Origin: Sphingopyxis sp.
GTDB lineage: Bacteria > Pseudomonadota > Alphaproteobacteria > Sphingomonadales > Sphingomonadaceae
Assembly: GCF_035565275.1 (NCBI RefSeq)
Contig: NZ_DATMST010000063.1
Location: forward strand, 2,537 to 66,536
Reading direction: 5' to 3'
Length of the DNA stretch: 64,000 nt
The notes beneath the pieces are model-generated. The model was not told where the DNA came from, did not search any database, and worked only from the letters and a program-made list of their open reading frames with translations. Shown piece by piece: positions 11,489 through 22,141 of the stretch. Each line of letters starts with the position of its first letter. The stretch's first letter is position 1. The position numbers and the translations under genes are program-made.

Positions 11489-12049
11489 ATGCGACCACAA
11501 ATGACCGCGGCCGAGATCACGCAGTTCGAACTGCAACTGGCAGGGCTCGGCTCCTTGCTCGAATTCGGGTGCGGCGGCAGCACGATCGTCGCCGCACGGC
11601 AGGTGCGCCGGATCGTCAGCGTCGACAGCGATCCCGCATGGCTGGGCACGGTGCAGGCCGACATTGCGCGCGAGGTTGTCGAATTCACGCCGTTCCATGC
11701 CGACATCGGCCCGGTCGGCGAACGGGGTTATCCGGTCGACGAAAGCCGCATCCGCGACTGGCCGCGCTATCACACGCAGATCTGGCGGAGCGTGGGCGGC
11801 AGCCCCGACGCGGTGCTGATCGACGGGCGTTTCCGGGTGGCTTGCCTGTTGCAGTCGATCGTCCACTGCAAGCCCGACTGTATCTTCCTGTTCCCCGACT
11901 TTCGCGACCGGCCGCACTATCATGCCGTGCTTCGCCACGTCGACGTGCTGACGCGTGTCGACTCGCTCGCCGTGCTGCGCGCAAAACAGCAGGTCGACGG
12001 CAAGGCGGTGCTGCACGACCTGTTCGACCATTATCTGGTCCCCGATTGA
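11489..12049 (+). CDS. Putative class I SAM-dependent methyltransferase
   Basis: LLEFGCGGST motif I, VSVDSDPAW, DAVLIDGRFRVAC; GGAGGGG RBS before ATG 11489. Confidence 0.6.
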   Translation: MRPQMTAAEITQFELQLAGLGSLLEFGCGGSTIVAARQVRRIVSVDSDPAWLGTVQADIAREVVEFTPFHADIGPVGERGYPVDESRIRDWPRYHTQIWRSVGGSPDAVLIDGRFRVACLLQSIVHCKPDCIFLFPDFRDRPHYHAVLRHVDVLTRVDSLAVLRAKQQVDGKAVLHDLFDHYLVPD

Positions 12050-12081
12050 CCGCCGCTGTTCGCTTGGGCACATCGGCAGCC

Positions 12082-12624
12082 ATGGCATTCGAAACCTTTA
12101 CCGCCCCGCCCGTGATCGAGACCGAACGGATGCGCCTGCGTCCCGGGCGACTGTCGGACAAGGACGTCCATACCGCGATGTGGGCCGATGATCGCGTCAC
12201 CCGCTTCATCGGCGGCGAACCGCGTGCGCCCGACGTCAGCTGGGGAAAGTTCCTGAGCTCGGCCGGGCTGTGGCCGGTGATGGGCTTTGGCTATTGGGTC
12301 TTTGCGGACAAGGCGACCGACAAGCTGATCGGGCAGGGCGGGCTCAGCTATTTCTGCCGCGGCATCCCCGAACTGGAAGATGTGCCCGAGGCGGGGTGGG
12401 CGTTCGACGCCGACCATTGGGGCGCGGGCTACGCGACCGAGGCGATGAGGGCGACGCTCGGTTGGGCCGACGCGCATCTCGATGCGGCAGAAGTGCGATG
12501 CATCATCGACCCCGGCAACGATGCATCCGAACGCGTTTCGGCCAAGCTGGGTTTCCGCCGCATCGGCGAAAGCGATGCGCTGGGTCATGTCGTGGCGATC
12601 TATTCACGCCCGCGCGGGGGATAA
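12082..12624 (+). CDS. GNAT acetyltransferase
   Basis: IETERMRLR, EAGWAF....WGAGYATEA, N.ASERVSAKLGF. Confidence 0.88.
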   Translation: MAFETFTAPPVIETERMRLRPGRLSDKDVHTAMWADDRVTRFIGGEPRAPDVSWGKFLSSAGLWPVMGFGYWVFADKATDKLIGQGGLSYFCRGIPELEDVPEAGWAFDADHWGAGYATEAMRATLGWADAHLDAAEVRCIIDPGNDASERVSAKLGFRRIGESDALGHVVAIYSRPRGG

Positions 12625-12631
12625 GGGGCGG

Positions 12632-13078
12632 TCAGGCTGGCTCGACGACCAGCACGCCGCCGTCGGCGCTGACCACGCGGACCTTGGCGCCTTCGGCCAC
12701 ATCGGGGCCGCGCACCGGCCATTCGCCGTCGCCGACTTTCGCACGGCCGCGACCATCCTCGATCGCGCGCGTCACCGTCAGTACTTCGCCGACGAGACGG
12801 CCGCCGCGCTGGTTGAGGTGGGGATCGGTCGTGGTGATCGGGTTCGCCTTCAGCCAGCGGCGTCCGCCATAGAGCGCGACGAACGACAGGATCGCGAAGA
12901 TGCCGAGCTGGAGCGGGACGCTGAACGGCACGATCCATGCGATGACGCCGGTGACGATCGCCGCGGCGCCGACCCAGATCAGGAAAAAGCCCGGCGCGAC
13001 GATCTCCGCGGCGGCGAGCAGCACGCCCAGGGAGAGCCACGCCCAATGCGGTTCCATATTGGCCAGCCAGTCGGGCAT
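12632..13078 (-). CDS. NfeD family membrane protein
   Basis: WLSLGVLLAAAEIVAPGFFLIW, LNQRGGRLVG, GRAKVGDGEW; directly after the SPFH gene. Confidence 0.9.
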   Translation of the reverse strand: MPDWLANMEPHWAWLSLGVLLAAAEIVAPGFFLIWVGAAAIVTGVIAWIVPFSVPLQLGIFAILSFVALYGGRRWLKANPITTTDPHLNQRGGRLVGEVLTVTRAIEDGRGRAKVGDGEWPVRGPDVAEGAKVRVVSADGGVLVVEPA

Positions 13079-13079
13079 G

Positions 13080-13991
13080 TCAGGCTCCCTTGCGTTCGAG
13101 CGCGTCCCTGGCAAGTTCGCCGATGCCGCCAAGCGTGCCGATCAGCTGCGTCGCCTCGACGGGGAAGAGGATCGTCTTGGCGTTGGGGCTGGTCGCGAAC
13201 TGGCCGACCGCCTCGACATATTTCTGCGCGATGAAATAGTTGATCGCCTGTGCATTTCCGCCAGCGATCGCGTCCGAAACCATCTGCGTCGCTTTCGCTT
13301 CGGCTTCCGCCTCGCGCTCGCGTGCTTCTGCATCGCGGAAGGCAGCTTCGCGGCGGCCTTCGGCTTCGAGAATCTGGCTCTGTTTCTGGCCTTCGGCGCG
13401 CAGGATTTCCGACGCGCGGCTGCCTTCGGCCTCGAGGATATTGGCGCGCTTTTCGCGCTCGGCCTTCATCTGCCGCGCCATCGCGTTCGAGATATCGGCG
13501 GGCGGACGGATGTCCTTGATCTCGACGCGGGTGATCTTGACGCCCCATGGCGTCGTCGCGTCGTCGACGACGTGCAGCAGGCGAGTGTTGATCTCGTCGC
13601 GCTTCGACAAGGTTTCGTCGAGGTCCATCGAGCCCATCACGGTGCGCAGGTTGGTCGTCGTCAGGTTCATGATCGAGAGATAGAGATCGCTGACTTCATA
13701 GGCCGCCTTCGCCGCGTCGAGCACCTGGAAGAAGACGACGCCGTCGACCGCGACCATCGCATTGTCCTTGGTGATGATTTCCTGCCCGGGAATATCGAGC
13801 ACCTGCTCCATCATGTTCACCTTGCGACCGACACGGTCGAAGATCGGCATGATGAAGTTGAGCCCGGGCTGCGCGGTGTGCGTGTAGCGGCCGAAGCGTT
13901 CGATCGTATAGGCGAAACCCTGCCGGACGGGCGTCAGCGCCCACATCAGGAAAACAAGAGCCAGTACGACCAGCGCAAGCGCGAATTCCAT
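13080..13991 (-). CDS. SPFH/stomatin-like protein
   Basis: ERFGRY, QEIITKDNA, TNLRTVMGSMDLD, WGVKITRVEI, QMKAEREKRA. Confidence 0.95.
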   Translation of the reverse strand: MEFALALVVLALVFLMWALTPVRQGFAYTIERFGRYTHTAQPGLNFIMPIFDRVGRKVNMMEQVLDIPGQEIITKDNAMVAVDGVVFFQVLDAAKAAYEVSDLYLSIMNLTTTNLRTVMGSMDLDETLSKRDEINTRLLHVVDDATTPWGVKITRVEIKDIRPPADISNAMARQMKAEREKRANILEAEGSRASEILRAEGQKQSQILEAEGRREAAFRDAEAREREAEAEAKATQMVSDAIAGGNAQAINYFIAQKYVEAVGQFATSPNAKTILFPVEATQLIGTLGGIGELARDALERKGA

Positions 13992-14072
13992 CGATCATCC
14001 CCTCTGCAAATTCAACATCCGCCGACGCCTTCCTTATTGCGGCAATGGTCTGACTGCGCCACAGAAAAGCGC

Positions 14073-14888
14073 ATGACCCCAAGTGAATATGCTCCGCGCT
14101 CGCTGCTCTATGTCCCCGGATCGAACGCCCGCGCGCTCGAAAAGGCGAAAGCGCTGGCGGCGGACATGCTGATCGTCGATCTGGAGGATGCCGTACCCGC
14201 CGATCGCAAGGGCGAGGCGCGCGCAGCGATGCGCACGGCGGTTGAAGCGGGCTTTCCGGGGAAGCGCGTCGCGGTGCGGATCAACGGTACCGACTCCCCC
14301 GAACAGGCGGCCGATATCGATGCGCTTGCCGGGCTGGGGCTGGATGCCATGGTGTTGCCGAAGGTCGACCGGCGCGCCGATCTCGACCCCGCACGCGGGC
14401 TGGGATTTCCGTTGCTCGCGATGATCGAAACGCCGGCGGCGATCTATGCGGCGCAGGATATCGCCGCCGATCCCGCGGTCGGGGGACTGATCGCGGGGCT
14501 GAACGACCTCGCGCATGAAATGAAGCTCCCCGACGGACCCGACCGTCGCGCGATGAGTTACGCGATCCAGTCGATCGTCCTCGCGGCACGTGCCGCCGGG
14601 GTCTGGGGCTTCGATGGTGTCTATAATGCGATCGACGATGCCGACGGCTTCGCGGCCGAAGCGATCGAGGGACGCCGGCTGGGCTTTGACGGCAAGACGC
14701 TGGTCCACCCGTCGCAGGTCGATCCATGCAATGCCGCCTTTGCGCCGTCGGTCCGCGAGATCGCCGCCGCCGAAGCACTCGTCGCCGCGGCGACCGGCGG
14801 GGCGCAGCGTCACGACGGCCGGATGATCGAGGATATGCACGTCGCGGCGGCGCGGGCGCTGCTGGAGCGGGCGGGGCGTATCGTCTGA
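14073..14888 (+). CDS. HpcH/HpaI aldolase-citrate lyase (CitE-like CoA ester lyase)
   Basis: RSLLYVPGSN, DLEDAV, MIETP, GFDGKTLVHPSQV. Confidence 0.9.
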   Translation: MTPSEYAPRSLLYVPGSNARALEKAKALAADMLIVDLEDAVPADRKGEARAAMRTAVEAGFPGKRVAVRINGTDSPEQAADIDALAGLGLDAMVLPKVDRRADLDPARGLGFPLLAMIETPAAIYAAQDIAADPAVGGLIAGLNDLAHEMKLPDGPDRRAMSYAIQSIVLAARAAGVWGFDGVYNAIDDADGFAAEAIEGRRLGFDGKTLVHPSQVDPCNAAFAPSVREIAAAEALVAAATGGAQRHDGRMIEDMHVAAARALLERAGRIV

Positions 14889-14940
14889 CGGTCGTTCGTC
14901 ATTCGACGAACGCGCCTTGTCGTGCCGCGGCGGAAATGCC

Positions 14941-16455
14941 ATGCGCCGCCGCATGAAAACCGCCCGTTTCCACGCCGCCGTCGCGGCAGTCGTCCTTCTT
15001 GCATCCGCTCCTGCCGTTTGGGCTGCGCCGGCAAACGCCGACGCGCCGGTCACCGAGGCCGAGCTCGCCCGGCATATCCAGGTGCTGGCGAGCGATGCAT
15101 TCGAAGGCCGCGCGCCGGGAACCGAGGGTGAAGACCGTACGATCGCCTATGTCGTCGGCGAATGGGCGAAGGCCGGCCTCGAGGCGGTCCCGGGCAGCGC
15201 GACGCCATGGTTGCAGCCGGTACCGTTCGTCGAGAGCCAAGCCGTCGGGGGCAGCGCCAGATTCAAGGTCAACGGCCGCGATTTCGCGATGGACAAGGAC
15301 GGCATCATCCTGACCGGCCGCGACGCATCGGTGTCGATGACCGACGTGCCTGCGATCTTCGTCGGCTATGGCATCGACGGCGCGGGCAAGGTCAACGCCG
15401 ACGTCAAGGGCAAGGTCGCGATCATGCTGTTCGACAGCGCGCCCTTTGGCGACAAGCTGCCGCGCTATCGCGAACGGCGTCAGATGCTGGCCGATGCCGG
15501 CGCAAGCGCGGTCTTGGTGATCGCGACCGATGCGCTGCCCTGGGCCGAACTGCGCGAGAATGTCGGCGGCAAGACGGTGCGGCTCGCCGACGCGGCGCCG
15601 GGTGCTCCGGTTTCGGGCTTCCTGTCGATCGCGGGGGCCGATGCCTTGCTCGCCAAGGCCGGACTTGGCGGCGCGGCGGCGCGCGAGGCTGCGAAGTCGC
15701 CCGACTATCGCGGTGCGGTGCTGCCGGTGACCGCCGACTTCACGGCCAAGACGAATATCCGTTCGTTCGCCAGCAACAATATCGTCGCGAAGCTTCCGGG
15801 TGCGAAGCCCGACGGCAAGGCGGTGCTGTTCCTCGGCCACTGGGATCATCTTGGCATCTGCGGCAAGGAAGGTGACGCGGACCGCATCTGCAACGGCGCG
15901 GTCGACAATGCGAGCGGCATCGCGGTGCTGATCGAGGTCGCGAAGCGGCTGGGTTCGGGCACGCGACCCGACCGCGACATTTATTTCATGGCGACGACCG
16001 CCGAAGAGAAGGGCCTGCTCGGCGCGCATTATTTCGCCGATCATCCGGCGGTGCCGCTCGGCGACATCACCGTCGCGCTCAACATCGACACGATCGCCAT
16101 CTCGCCGCGGGGCACGCCCGTGGCGACGATCGGGCGCGGCAAGCCGGCTTATGACGCCGTGGTGCGCGACGTAGCGACGAAGCTCGGGCGCAGGCTCGAC
16201 GACGATGGCGAGGCTGACGCCTTCATCCAGCGGCAGGATGGCTGGGCGCTCGGCGCGAAGGGCGTGACCTCGCTGATGGTCGGCGGCAGCTTTTCGGACA
16301 TGAAGCTGCTCGAGGACTTCCTCGGCAGCGACTATCATACGGCTGCGGACAATTTTTCCGACAAGATCCCGCTCGGCGGCGCAGCCGAGGATGCCGACCT
16401 GCACGTCGCACTGGGCCGGGCGTTCGCCGATACCAAGCGGTGGCCGGGCAAATAG
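14941..16455 (+). CDS. Secreted M28 family metallopeptidase
   Basis: LASDAFEGRAPG, GHWDHLG, NGAVDNASG, AEEKGLLG, NIDTI, DYHTAAD. Confidence 0.9.
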   Translation: MRRRMKTARFHAAVAAVVLLASAPAVWAAPANADAPVTEAELARHIQVLASDAFEGRAPGTEGEDRTIAYVVGEWAKAGLEAVPGSATPWLQPVPFVESQAVGGSARFKVNGRDFAMDKDGIILTGRDASVSMTDVPAIFVGYGIDGAGKVNADVKGKVAIMLFDSAPFGDKLPRYRERRQMLADAGASAVLVIATDALPWAELRENVGGKTVRLADAAPGAPVSGFLSIAGADALLAKAGLGGAAAREAAKSPDYRGAVLPVTADFTAKTNIRSFASNNIVAKLPGAKPDGKAVLFLGHWDHLGICGKEGDADRICNGAVDNASGIAVLIEVAKRLGSGTRPDRDIYFMATTAEEKGLLGAHYFADHPAVPLGDITVALNIDTIAISPRGTPVATIGRGKPAYDAVVRDVATKLGRRLDDDGEADAFIQRQDGWALGAKGVTSLMVGGSFSDMKLLEDFLGSDYHTAADNFSDKIPLGGAAEDADLHVALGRAFADTKRWPGK

Positions 16456-16462
16456 CGACGGG

Positions 16463-16542
16463 CGTCGGCCCCGCGAAGGCGGGGGCCGCTAGCGACCTGA
16501 AGCTCCATCGATAACGTTGCCCCGCCTTCGCGGGGGCAACGT
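16463..16542. repeat. Palindromic repeat family C between convergent genes
   Basis: CCCCGCGAAGGCGGGG (16469-16484) and its exact reverse complement (16520-16535). Confidence 0.8.
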
Positions 16543-16560
16543 TATTCTATCGGGCGAACT

Positions 16561-17934
16561 TTAAGCCGCCTGCTTCGCGCGGTCGGCCATTTCCTGATTG
16601 AGCATCTCTGCCAGCAGGAACGCCAGTTCGAGCGACTGACCCGCGTTCAGGCGCGGGTCGCAATGCGTGTGGTAGCGGTCGGCAAGATCCATCTGCGTCA
16701 CATCCATCGCGCCGCCGGTGCATTCGGTGACGTTCTGCCCGGTCATCTCGATATGGATGCCGCCGCCATGCGTGCCCTCGGCGCGGTGCACGGCAAAGAA
16801 GCCGCGCACTTCGGCGAGGATGCGCTCGAACGGGCGCGTCTTGTAGCCGTTGGGCGTCTTGATGACGTTGCCGTGCATCGGATCGCACGACCAGACGACG
16901 GGGTGGCCCGATTCCTTCACCGCGCGAACGAGTTTCGGCAGATGCGCCTCGATCTTGTCGTGGCCATAGCGCGTGATCAGCGTCATGCGGCCCGCGACAT
17001 GGTTCGGGTTGAGCGTGTCGAGCAGGCGCAGCAGCACGTCGGGCTCGAGGCTCGGCCCGCATTTCATGCCGACCGGATTGCCGATGCCGCGGAGATACTC
17101 GATATGCGCCGAGCCTTCGAAGCGGGTGCGGTCGCCGACCCACAGGAAATGGCCCGAGGTGTCGTACCAGCCGCCGGTCAGGCTGTCCTGCCGCGTCAGC
17201 GCCTGCTCATAGGGAAGCAGCAGCGCCTCGTGGCTGGTGTAGAAGCTTGTTCCCTTGATCTGTGGCACCGTTTCGGGGGTCACGCCGCACGCTTCCATGA
17301 AGGCGAGCGCTTCGGAAATCCGCGCGGCGGTTTCCTGATATTTCTTCGCCCACGGGCTGCGGTCCATGAAATCATGCGTCCAAGCATTGACCTGGTGCAG
17401 GTTTGCATAGCCGCCGTTCGCGAAGGCGCGCAGCAGGTTCAGCGTCGCCGCCGACTGGTTATACGCCTTGACCATGCGCTGCGGGTCGGGCTCGCGGCCC
17501 GTTTCCTCGAACGCGATGTCGTTGATGATGTCGCCGCGATAGCTGGGCAGCGACACGCCATCGATGTCTTCCAGATCGGCCGAGCGCGGCTTGGCGAACT
17601 GGCCCGCCATGCGGCCGAGCTTCACCACGGGCATTTTCGACGCAAAGGTCAGCACGACCGCCATCTGCAGTAGCACGCGGAAAGTGTCGCGGATGTTGTT
17701 CGGATGAAATTCGGCAAAGCTTTCGGCGCAATCGCCGCCCTGCAGCAGGAACGCCTTGCCCTCCGCCACGCGCGCGAGGTCGGCGGTCAGGTCGCGTGCT
17801 TCGCCGGCAAAAACCAGCGGCGGATAATTGCTGAGTTCGCGTTCCGCAGCCGCGAGCGCATCGGTGTCGCGATAGGTGGGAAGCTGGCGAGCCTCGTGCG
17901 AGCGCCAGCTATGCGGTTGCCAGTTTTTCGTCAT
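16561..17934 (-). CDS. Class II DAHP synthase (AroF/AroG-like)
   Basis: [43 protein letters not shown]. Confidence 0.97.
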   Translation of the reverse strand: MTKNWQPHSWRSHEARQLPTYRDTDALAAAERELSNYPPLVFAGEARDLTADLARVAEGKAFLLQGGDCAESFAEFHPNNIRDTFRVLLQMAVVLTFASKMPVVKLGRMAGQFAKPRSADLEDIDGVSLPSYRGDIINDIAFEETGREPDPQRMVKAYNQSAATLNLLRAFANGGYANLHQVNAWTHDFMDRSPWAKKYQETAARISEALAFMEACGVTPETVPQIKGTSFYTSHEALLLPYEQALTRQDSLTGGWYDTSGHFLWVGDRTRFEGSAHIEYLRGIGNPVGMKCGPSLEPDVLLRLLDTLNPNHVAGRMTLITRYGHDKIEAHLPKLVRAVKESGHPVVWSCDPMHGNVIKTPNGYKTRPFERILAEVRGFFAVHRAEGTHGGGIHIEMTGQNVTECTGGAMDVTQMDLADRYHTHCDPRLNAGQSLELAFLLAEMLNQEMADRAKQAA

Positions 17935-18189
17935 CTGCCTGTTCTTTTCGGTTCGAATCCGTGCGCCGCCATGGCGCGAATGCCGTCCGGACGCAATGCG
18001 CCCGAACCTTCCAGTCGCAAAATTAGCATTTTCGTCGTATTTGCGCACCTATACTTTTCTTGAAGGGCGAAAACTGATAGTTTGTTACGGCCTTCGGAAA
18101 TGCGACGGGGCGTGCGACCAAGGCGTTCCGCAATCGGTTACGTTATCACCCAGTGGCCCGACTTCGGGTCTCGACGCGAGCGATTGGCT

Positions 18190-18867
18190 ATGGCGAGTTT
18201 CGATTCCGCATGGTTCCTCTATGCGACGCTCTTGTTGCTGTTGGCGACAAGTTTTGTCGTGCGCATCGACTATGCCCGCATCGGTCTTGCCGCGGCGGCT
18301 CTCGTCGCGCTCCCGCTGACGCTCTTTCGGGGTTCGGATTTCGGCTACAGTCTGCTCGTGCTCGCGATTCTTGTCGTCAATCTCGGCATATTGGCGCGTC
18401 TCTGGCTTCGCGGGACGAATATCCGCTTTTCGGCCGAGGAAGAGGAGTTGCGCCGCCAGCATTTCGGCGGGCTGAGCGCCGCGGTCGCGCGCGACCTGAT
18501 CGATCAGGGGCACTGGATTTCGGCGAAGCGCGGCGAGATACTGATCCGGGAGAACCAGGCGGCGCCCAGCCTCTTCTACCTGGCCGAAGGGCAGGCCGGA
18601 ATCCTGCGCGACGGCGTCGAGGTCGGCAAACTGTCCGACGGCGCGCTGATCGGCGAGGCGACGGTGCTCGATGGTGCGCAGGCCACCGGGACGGTGCAGC
18701 TCGCCAGCAACGCGCGGCTGTGGTTCGTCCCCGCCGCGGCGCTACGCGCCTATCTCGCGGCCAACCCCGGCGTCGCCGGAGCATTGCACGAAGGTTTTGC
18801 GCGCGCGTTACGCGGCAAACTGGCGAGCGCGAACACCCGGATCGCCGATCCGCCGCCGCTGTCTTAG
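18190..18867 (+). CDS. Membrane protein with a C-terminal cyclic-nucleotide-binding domain (Popeye-like architecture)
   Basis: Three hydrophobic N-terminal segments, FSAEEEEL...FGGL linker, GEILIRE...LFYLAEG, GALIGE. Confidence 0.75.
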   Translation: MASFDSAWFLYATLLLLLATSFVVRIDYARIGLAAAALVALPLTLFRGSDFGYSLLVLAILVVNLGILARLWLRGTNIRFSAEEEELRRQHFGGLSAAVARDLIDQGHWISAKRGEILIRENQAAPSLFYLAEGQAGILRDGVEVGKLSDGALIGEATVLDGAQATGTVQLASNARLWFVPAAALRAYLAANPGVAGALHEGFARALRGKLASANTRIADPPPLS

Positions 18868-18932
18868 GGCATTTCGTGGCGTGGTGGTTCTCAGCCTCGA
18901 ATCTGCAACCGGCGCCTGCTAGTCATCGATCC

Positions 18933-19283
18933 ATGACGATGATTCTCTATGGCATTTCGAACTGCGACACGGTGAAGAAAGCGCGGCGCTGGCTCGACGA
19001 GCACGGCGTCGCCTACCAATTTCACGATGTGCGCAAGGACGGGCTCGACGCTGCGCGGCTGCAGGGCTGGATCGACGCGCTGGGCTGGGAAAAGCTTCTC
19101 AACAGGGCGGGAACGACTTTTCGCAAGCTGCCTGATGCGCAGAAGGAAGGGCTCGATGCCGCGTCGGCGAAGGTGCTGATGCTGGAGCAGCCCGCGATGA
19201 TCAAACGCCCGGTGATCGAAGCGGCGGACGGGGTCAGCGTCGGTTTTGGGGCTGCCGACTGGCAGACACGTTTTGCTGCATGA
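18933..19283 (+). CDS. ArsC/Spx family reductase (YffB-like)
   Basis: YGISNCDTVKKA, LLNRAGTTFR, MIKRPV. Confidence 0.9.
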   Translation: MTMILYGISNCDTVKKARRWLDEHGVAYQFHDVRKDGLDAARLQGWIDALGWEKLLNRAGTTFRKLPDAQKEGLDAASAKVLMLEQPAMIKRPVIEAADGVSVGFGAADWQTRFAA

Positions 19284-20356
19284 TGCGATGGCCTCCGGTC
19301 CTGCTGGCCCTGACGCTGTCGGCCGGCTGCACGGCTGACGCGGTGACCGTGCAACCGACCCTCGACGGCAACCCGCCGATCGTCATCGCGCACCGCGGTG
19401 CGTCGGGCGAGCGGCCCGAACATACGCTGGCAGGTTATCGGCTAGCGATCGAGCTTGGCGCCGACTATATCGAACCCGACCTGGTGCTGACGAAGGACGG
19501 CGTGCTCGTCGCGCGGCACGAAAACGAGATTTCGGAAACCACCGACGTCGCCGATCATCCCGAATTTGCTGGCCGCAAGGCGACGAAAACGATCGACGGG
19601 CAAAAGGTCACCGGCTGGTTTACCGAGGATTTCACGCTCGCCGAGCTCAAGACACTCCGCGCGCGTGAGCGGCTGCCGAAATTACGCAGCACCGAATATG
19701 ACGGCCGGTTCGAGATCCCGACCTTCGAGGAAATCCTGACTTTGCTCGCCGAGGTCAACAAGGGACGGGAGAAGCCGGTTGGCGTCTATCCCGAAACCAA
19801 GCATCCGGGCTATTTTGTGGCGATCGGCCTGCCGCATGAGGCGTCCTTGCTCACGATACTTGATCGTTTCGGCTATCGCGGACGCGGCGCGCCGGTATTC
19901 ATCCAGAGCTTCGAGGTCGGCAATCTGATGGACCTGCGCGCAAAAAGCGACCTGCCGCTGATCCAGCTGATGGACGCCGAGGGCGCGCCCGCCGACCGGC
20001 CCGGCACAAGTTATACCGCCATGGCGTCGCCCGCAGGCCTGAAGATGATCGCCGCCTATGCCGACGGCATCGGACCCAACAAGGCGATGGTGATCCCGCG
20101 CGGCGCCCTCGGGAGACTGGGCGACCCGACGAGCCTCGTACGCGATGCGCATGCCGCGGGGCTGAAGGTCCATCCGTGGACATTTCGCCGTGAAAATTAC
20201 TTCCTGCCGCTCGGCGACAAGGGCGGGATCAACCCCGCCGGCCATGGCGACCTTGCCGCCGAAATCACCGCCTATCTGCAGACCGGTATCGACGGGCTGT
20301 TCAGCGACAACCCGCGCGAAGCCGTCGCGACCGTGAAGAAAGGAGTTCGCCGATGA
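19280..20356 (+). CDS. glpQ: Glycerophosphodiester phosphodiesterase
   Basis: IAHRGASGERPEHT, IEPDLVLTKD, HENEI, YPETKHP, IQSFE, GLFSDNP; export signal. Confidence 0.93.
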   Translation: MMRWPPVLLALTLSAGCTADAVTVQPTLDGNPPIVIAHRGASGERPEHTLAGYRLAIELGADYIEPDLVLTKDGVLVARHENEISETTDVADHPEFAGRKATKTIDGQKVTGWFTEDFTLAELKTLRARERLPKLRSTEYDGRFEIPTFEEILTLLAEVNKGREKPVGVYPETKHPGYFVAIGLPHEASLLTILDRFGYRGRGAPVFIQSFEVGNLMDLRAKSDLPLIQLMDAEGAPADRPGTSYTAMASPAGLKMIAAYADGIGPNKAMVIPRGALGRLGDPTSLVRDAHAAGLKVHPWTFRRENYFLPLGDKGGINPAGHGDLAAEITAYLQTGIDGLFSDNPREAVATVKKGVRR

Positions 20357-21294
20357 CCGAGAGGGCGCTGGGCAAGAGCGGGCTTTCGATCCCGCCGCTG
20401 GTTCTGGGCGGCAATGTTTTCGGCTGGACCGCTGACCGGGCCGCGAGTTTTGCCGTTCTCGACCGTTTTGTCGAGGGCGGCGGGCGGATGATCGACACCG
20501 CCGACGTCTATTCGGCGTGGGTCGACGGCCATGTCGGAGGCGAGTCTGAAGGCGTGATCGGCGAATGGCTGAAAGCCAGCGGCGCGCGCGACAGGATTCT
20601 GATCGCGACCAAGGTCGGCATGCTGCCCGGCGAGGGTGGCAAGGGGTTGGAGCCCGACCGCATCCGTGCTGCGGCTGACGCGTCGCTCGAGCGGCTGGGA
20701 GTCGACACGATCGACCTTTATTTCGCGCACAAGGACGATCCCGACGTGCCGCTGGACGAGATGCTGGGCGCGTTCGGCGAGCTGATTGATGCGGGCAAGG
20801 TCCGCGCGCTCGGCGCGTCGAACTATGGCGCTGACCGGCTCGCCGAGGCGCTTCGGATCGCCGACGAAAAAGACCTGCCGCGCTTCACGGTGATGCAGCC
20901 CGAACTCAATCTGCTCGACCGCGACCAGTATGAAGGCGCGCTGCAACGGCTTTGCGTCGCCGAAGGCATCGGCGTGATCCCTTATTTCAGCCTCGCCTCC
21001 GGCTATCTGTCGGGCAAATATCGCGCCGTGGGCGATCTCGGACAAAGCGTCCGGGGCTACAAGGCCAAAGCCTATATGGAAGGCCGCGGCCCGGCGGTGC
21101 TCGCGGTCATGGATGCCATCGCCGCGGAAACCGGCGCCACCCTGTCGCAGATCGCGCTCGCGTGGGTCGCGGCGCAGCAGGGCGTGACGGCGCCGATCGC
21201 CAGCGCCACCACGGTCGAACAGCTCGATGAGTTGCTTGGCAGCATGGACCTTGAACTCGGCGACGGGCAGCTGGCGGCGCTGGCCACGGCCTGA
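20353..21294 (+). CDS. Aldo/keto reductase
   Basis: [47 protein letters not shown]. Confidence 0.93.
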   Translation: MTERALGKSGLSIPPLVLGGNVFGWTADRAASFAVLDRFVEGGGRMIDTADVYSAWVDGHVGGESEGVIGEWLKASGARDRILIATKVGMLPGEGGKGLEPDRIRAAADASLERLGVDTIDLYFAHKDDPDVPLDEMLGAFGELIDAGKVRALGASNYGADRLAEALRIADEKDLPRFTVMQPELNLLDRDQYEGALQRLCVAEGIGVIPYFSLASGYLSGKYRAVGDLGQSVRGYKAKAYMEGRGPAVLAVMDAIAAETGATLSQIALAWVAAQQGVTAPIASATTVEQLDELLGSMDLELGDGQLAALATA

Positions 21295-21354
21295 AGCCCG
21301 GCCGGCACCACCGGGGAAGGGGGCGCCGGTCCGGACCCGCGCGGCCGCGCTATC

Positions 21355-21576
21355 TCAATATTCGCTGTCGTCCCACTGGAACACCGCCTCGAGCGGCTTG
21401 TCGAAGACCCGCGCGATGCGGAAAGCGACTTCCAGCGAGGGCGAATATTTGCCTTGCTCGATCGCCGCGATCGTCTGGCGCGTCACGCCGACGCGGTCGC
21501 CAAGATCCCCTTGCGTCATCTCGCCCGCCAGAAAACGCAGTGTCCGGATGTCGTTCGTGAAGGGCGGCTTAGCCAT
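21355..21576 (-). CDS. Small XRE/Cro HTH regulator
   Basis: [36 protein letters not shown]. Confidence 0.9.
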   Translation of the reverse strand: MAKPPFTNDIRTLRFLAGEMTQGDLGDRVGVTRQTIAAIEQGKYSPSLEVAFRIARVFDKPLEAVFQWDDSEY

Positions 21577-21994
21577 GCCACCCCCGGCGGTAGCTCGTCA
21601 GGACGACCACATGCCCGGTGAGTTCAGCGAGGACGATCGCGAACAGCGCGCTGTTGACGATCCGCATCGGCGGGTCGGTGAAGGGCATGACGACGCCGAC
21701 AAGCATCGTCCCGGCGAGCAGGACATAATAGGACATTTGCGCGCCGCGTGCGGCGATCGCGCGGTCGCGTTCATCCACCCGGGGGCGCGGCGATTTGCGC
21801 GCCTCGAGAGTGAGCCAGGCATAGCCGGCGAGCACGACCAACCCCTGCGTCGCTGCGATCGGGCCGAACAGCCAGAGCATCGCGAACGGCGAGGTTCCCG
21901 CCGGGTGCCCGGCGAGAACCAGTCCGAAATAGAGGCTGTAGGCCAGCACCATCGCCCCCAGCGTCAGCCAACTGGTCTTTTCCCTGTAGGTCAT
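21569..21994 (-). CDS. Four-TM membrane protein paired with the XRE regulator
   Basis: [20 protein letters not shown]; overlaps the XRE start. Confidence 0.7.
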   Translation of the reverse strand: MTYREKTSWLTLGAMVLAYSLYFGLVLAGHPAGTSPFAMLWLFGPIAATQGLVVLAGYAWLTLEARKSPRPRVDERDRAIAARGAQMSYYVLLAGTMLVGVVMPFTDPPMRIVNSALFAIVLAELTGHVVVLTSYRRGWHG

Positions 21995-22007
21995 GAGCAA
22001 AGCTCCA

Positions 22008-22069
22008 ATGTTCGTCATATGCAACGTAATGTTAAAAATATTGAACATAGAGTCAAGAAAATTTTACAT
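22008..22069 (-). promoter_or_regulatory. Three tandem 20-bp operator-like units (21-bp period) over a sigma70 promoter
   Basis: ATGTTCG-N6-GCAACGT, ATGTTAA-N6-TGAACAT, GAGTCAA-N6-TTTACAT; TTGACT -35 on the minus strand. Confidence 0.55.
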
Positions 22070-22141
22070 GATGCGGCATTGGCCATTCCCGTGCGCGGTT
22101 CGACCTTTCGTTCGGTGCGGCAAGGGGCTAGACCCCGGCCC

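Noticed and set aside
22008-22069. CRISPR-like periodic repeat
   Set aside because: Three short degenerate units with no spacers and no cas genes; better explained as operators
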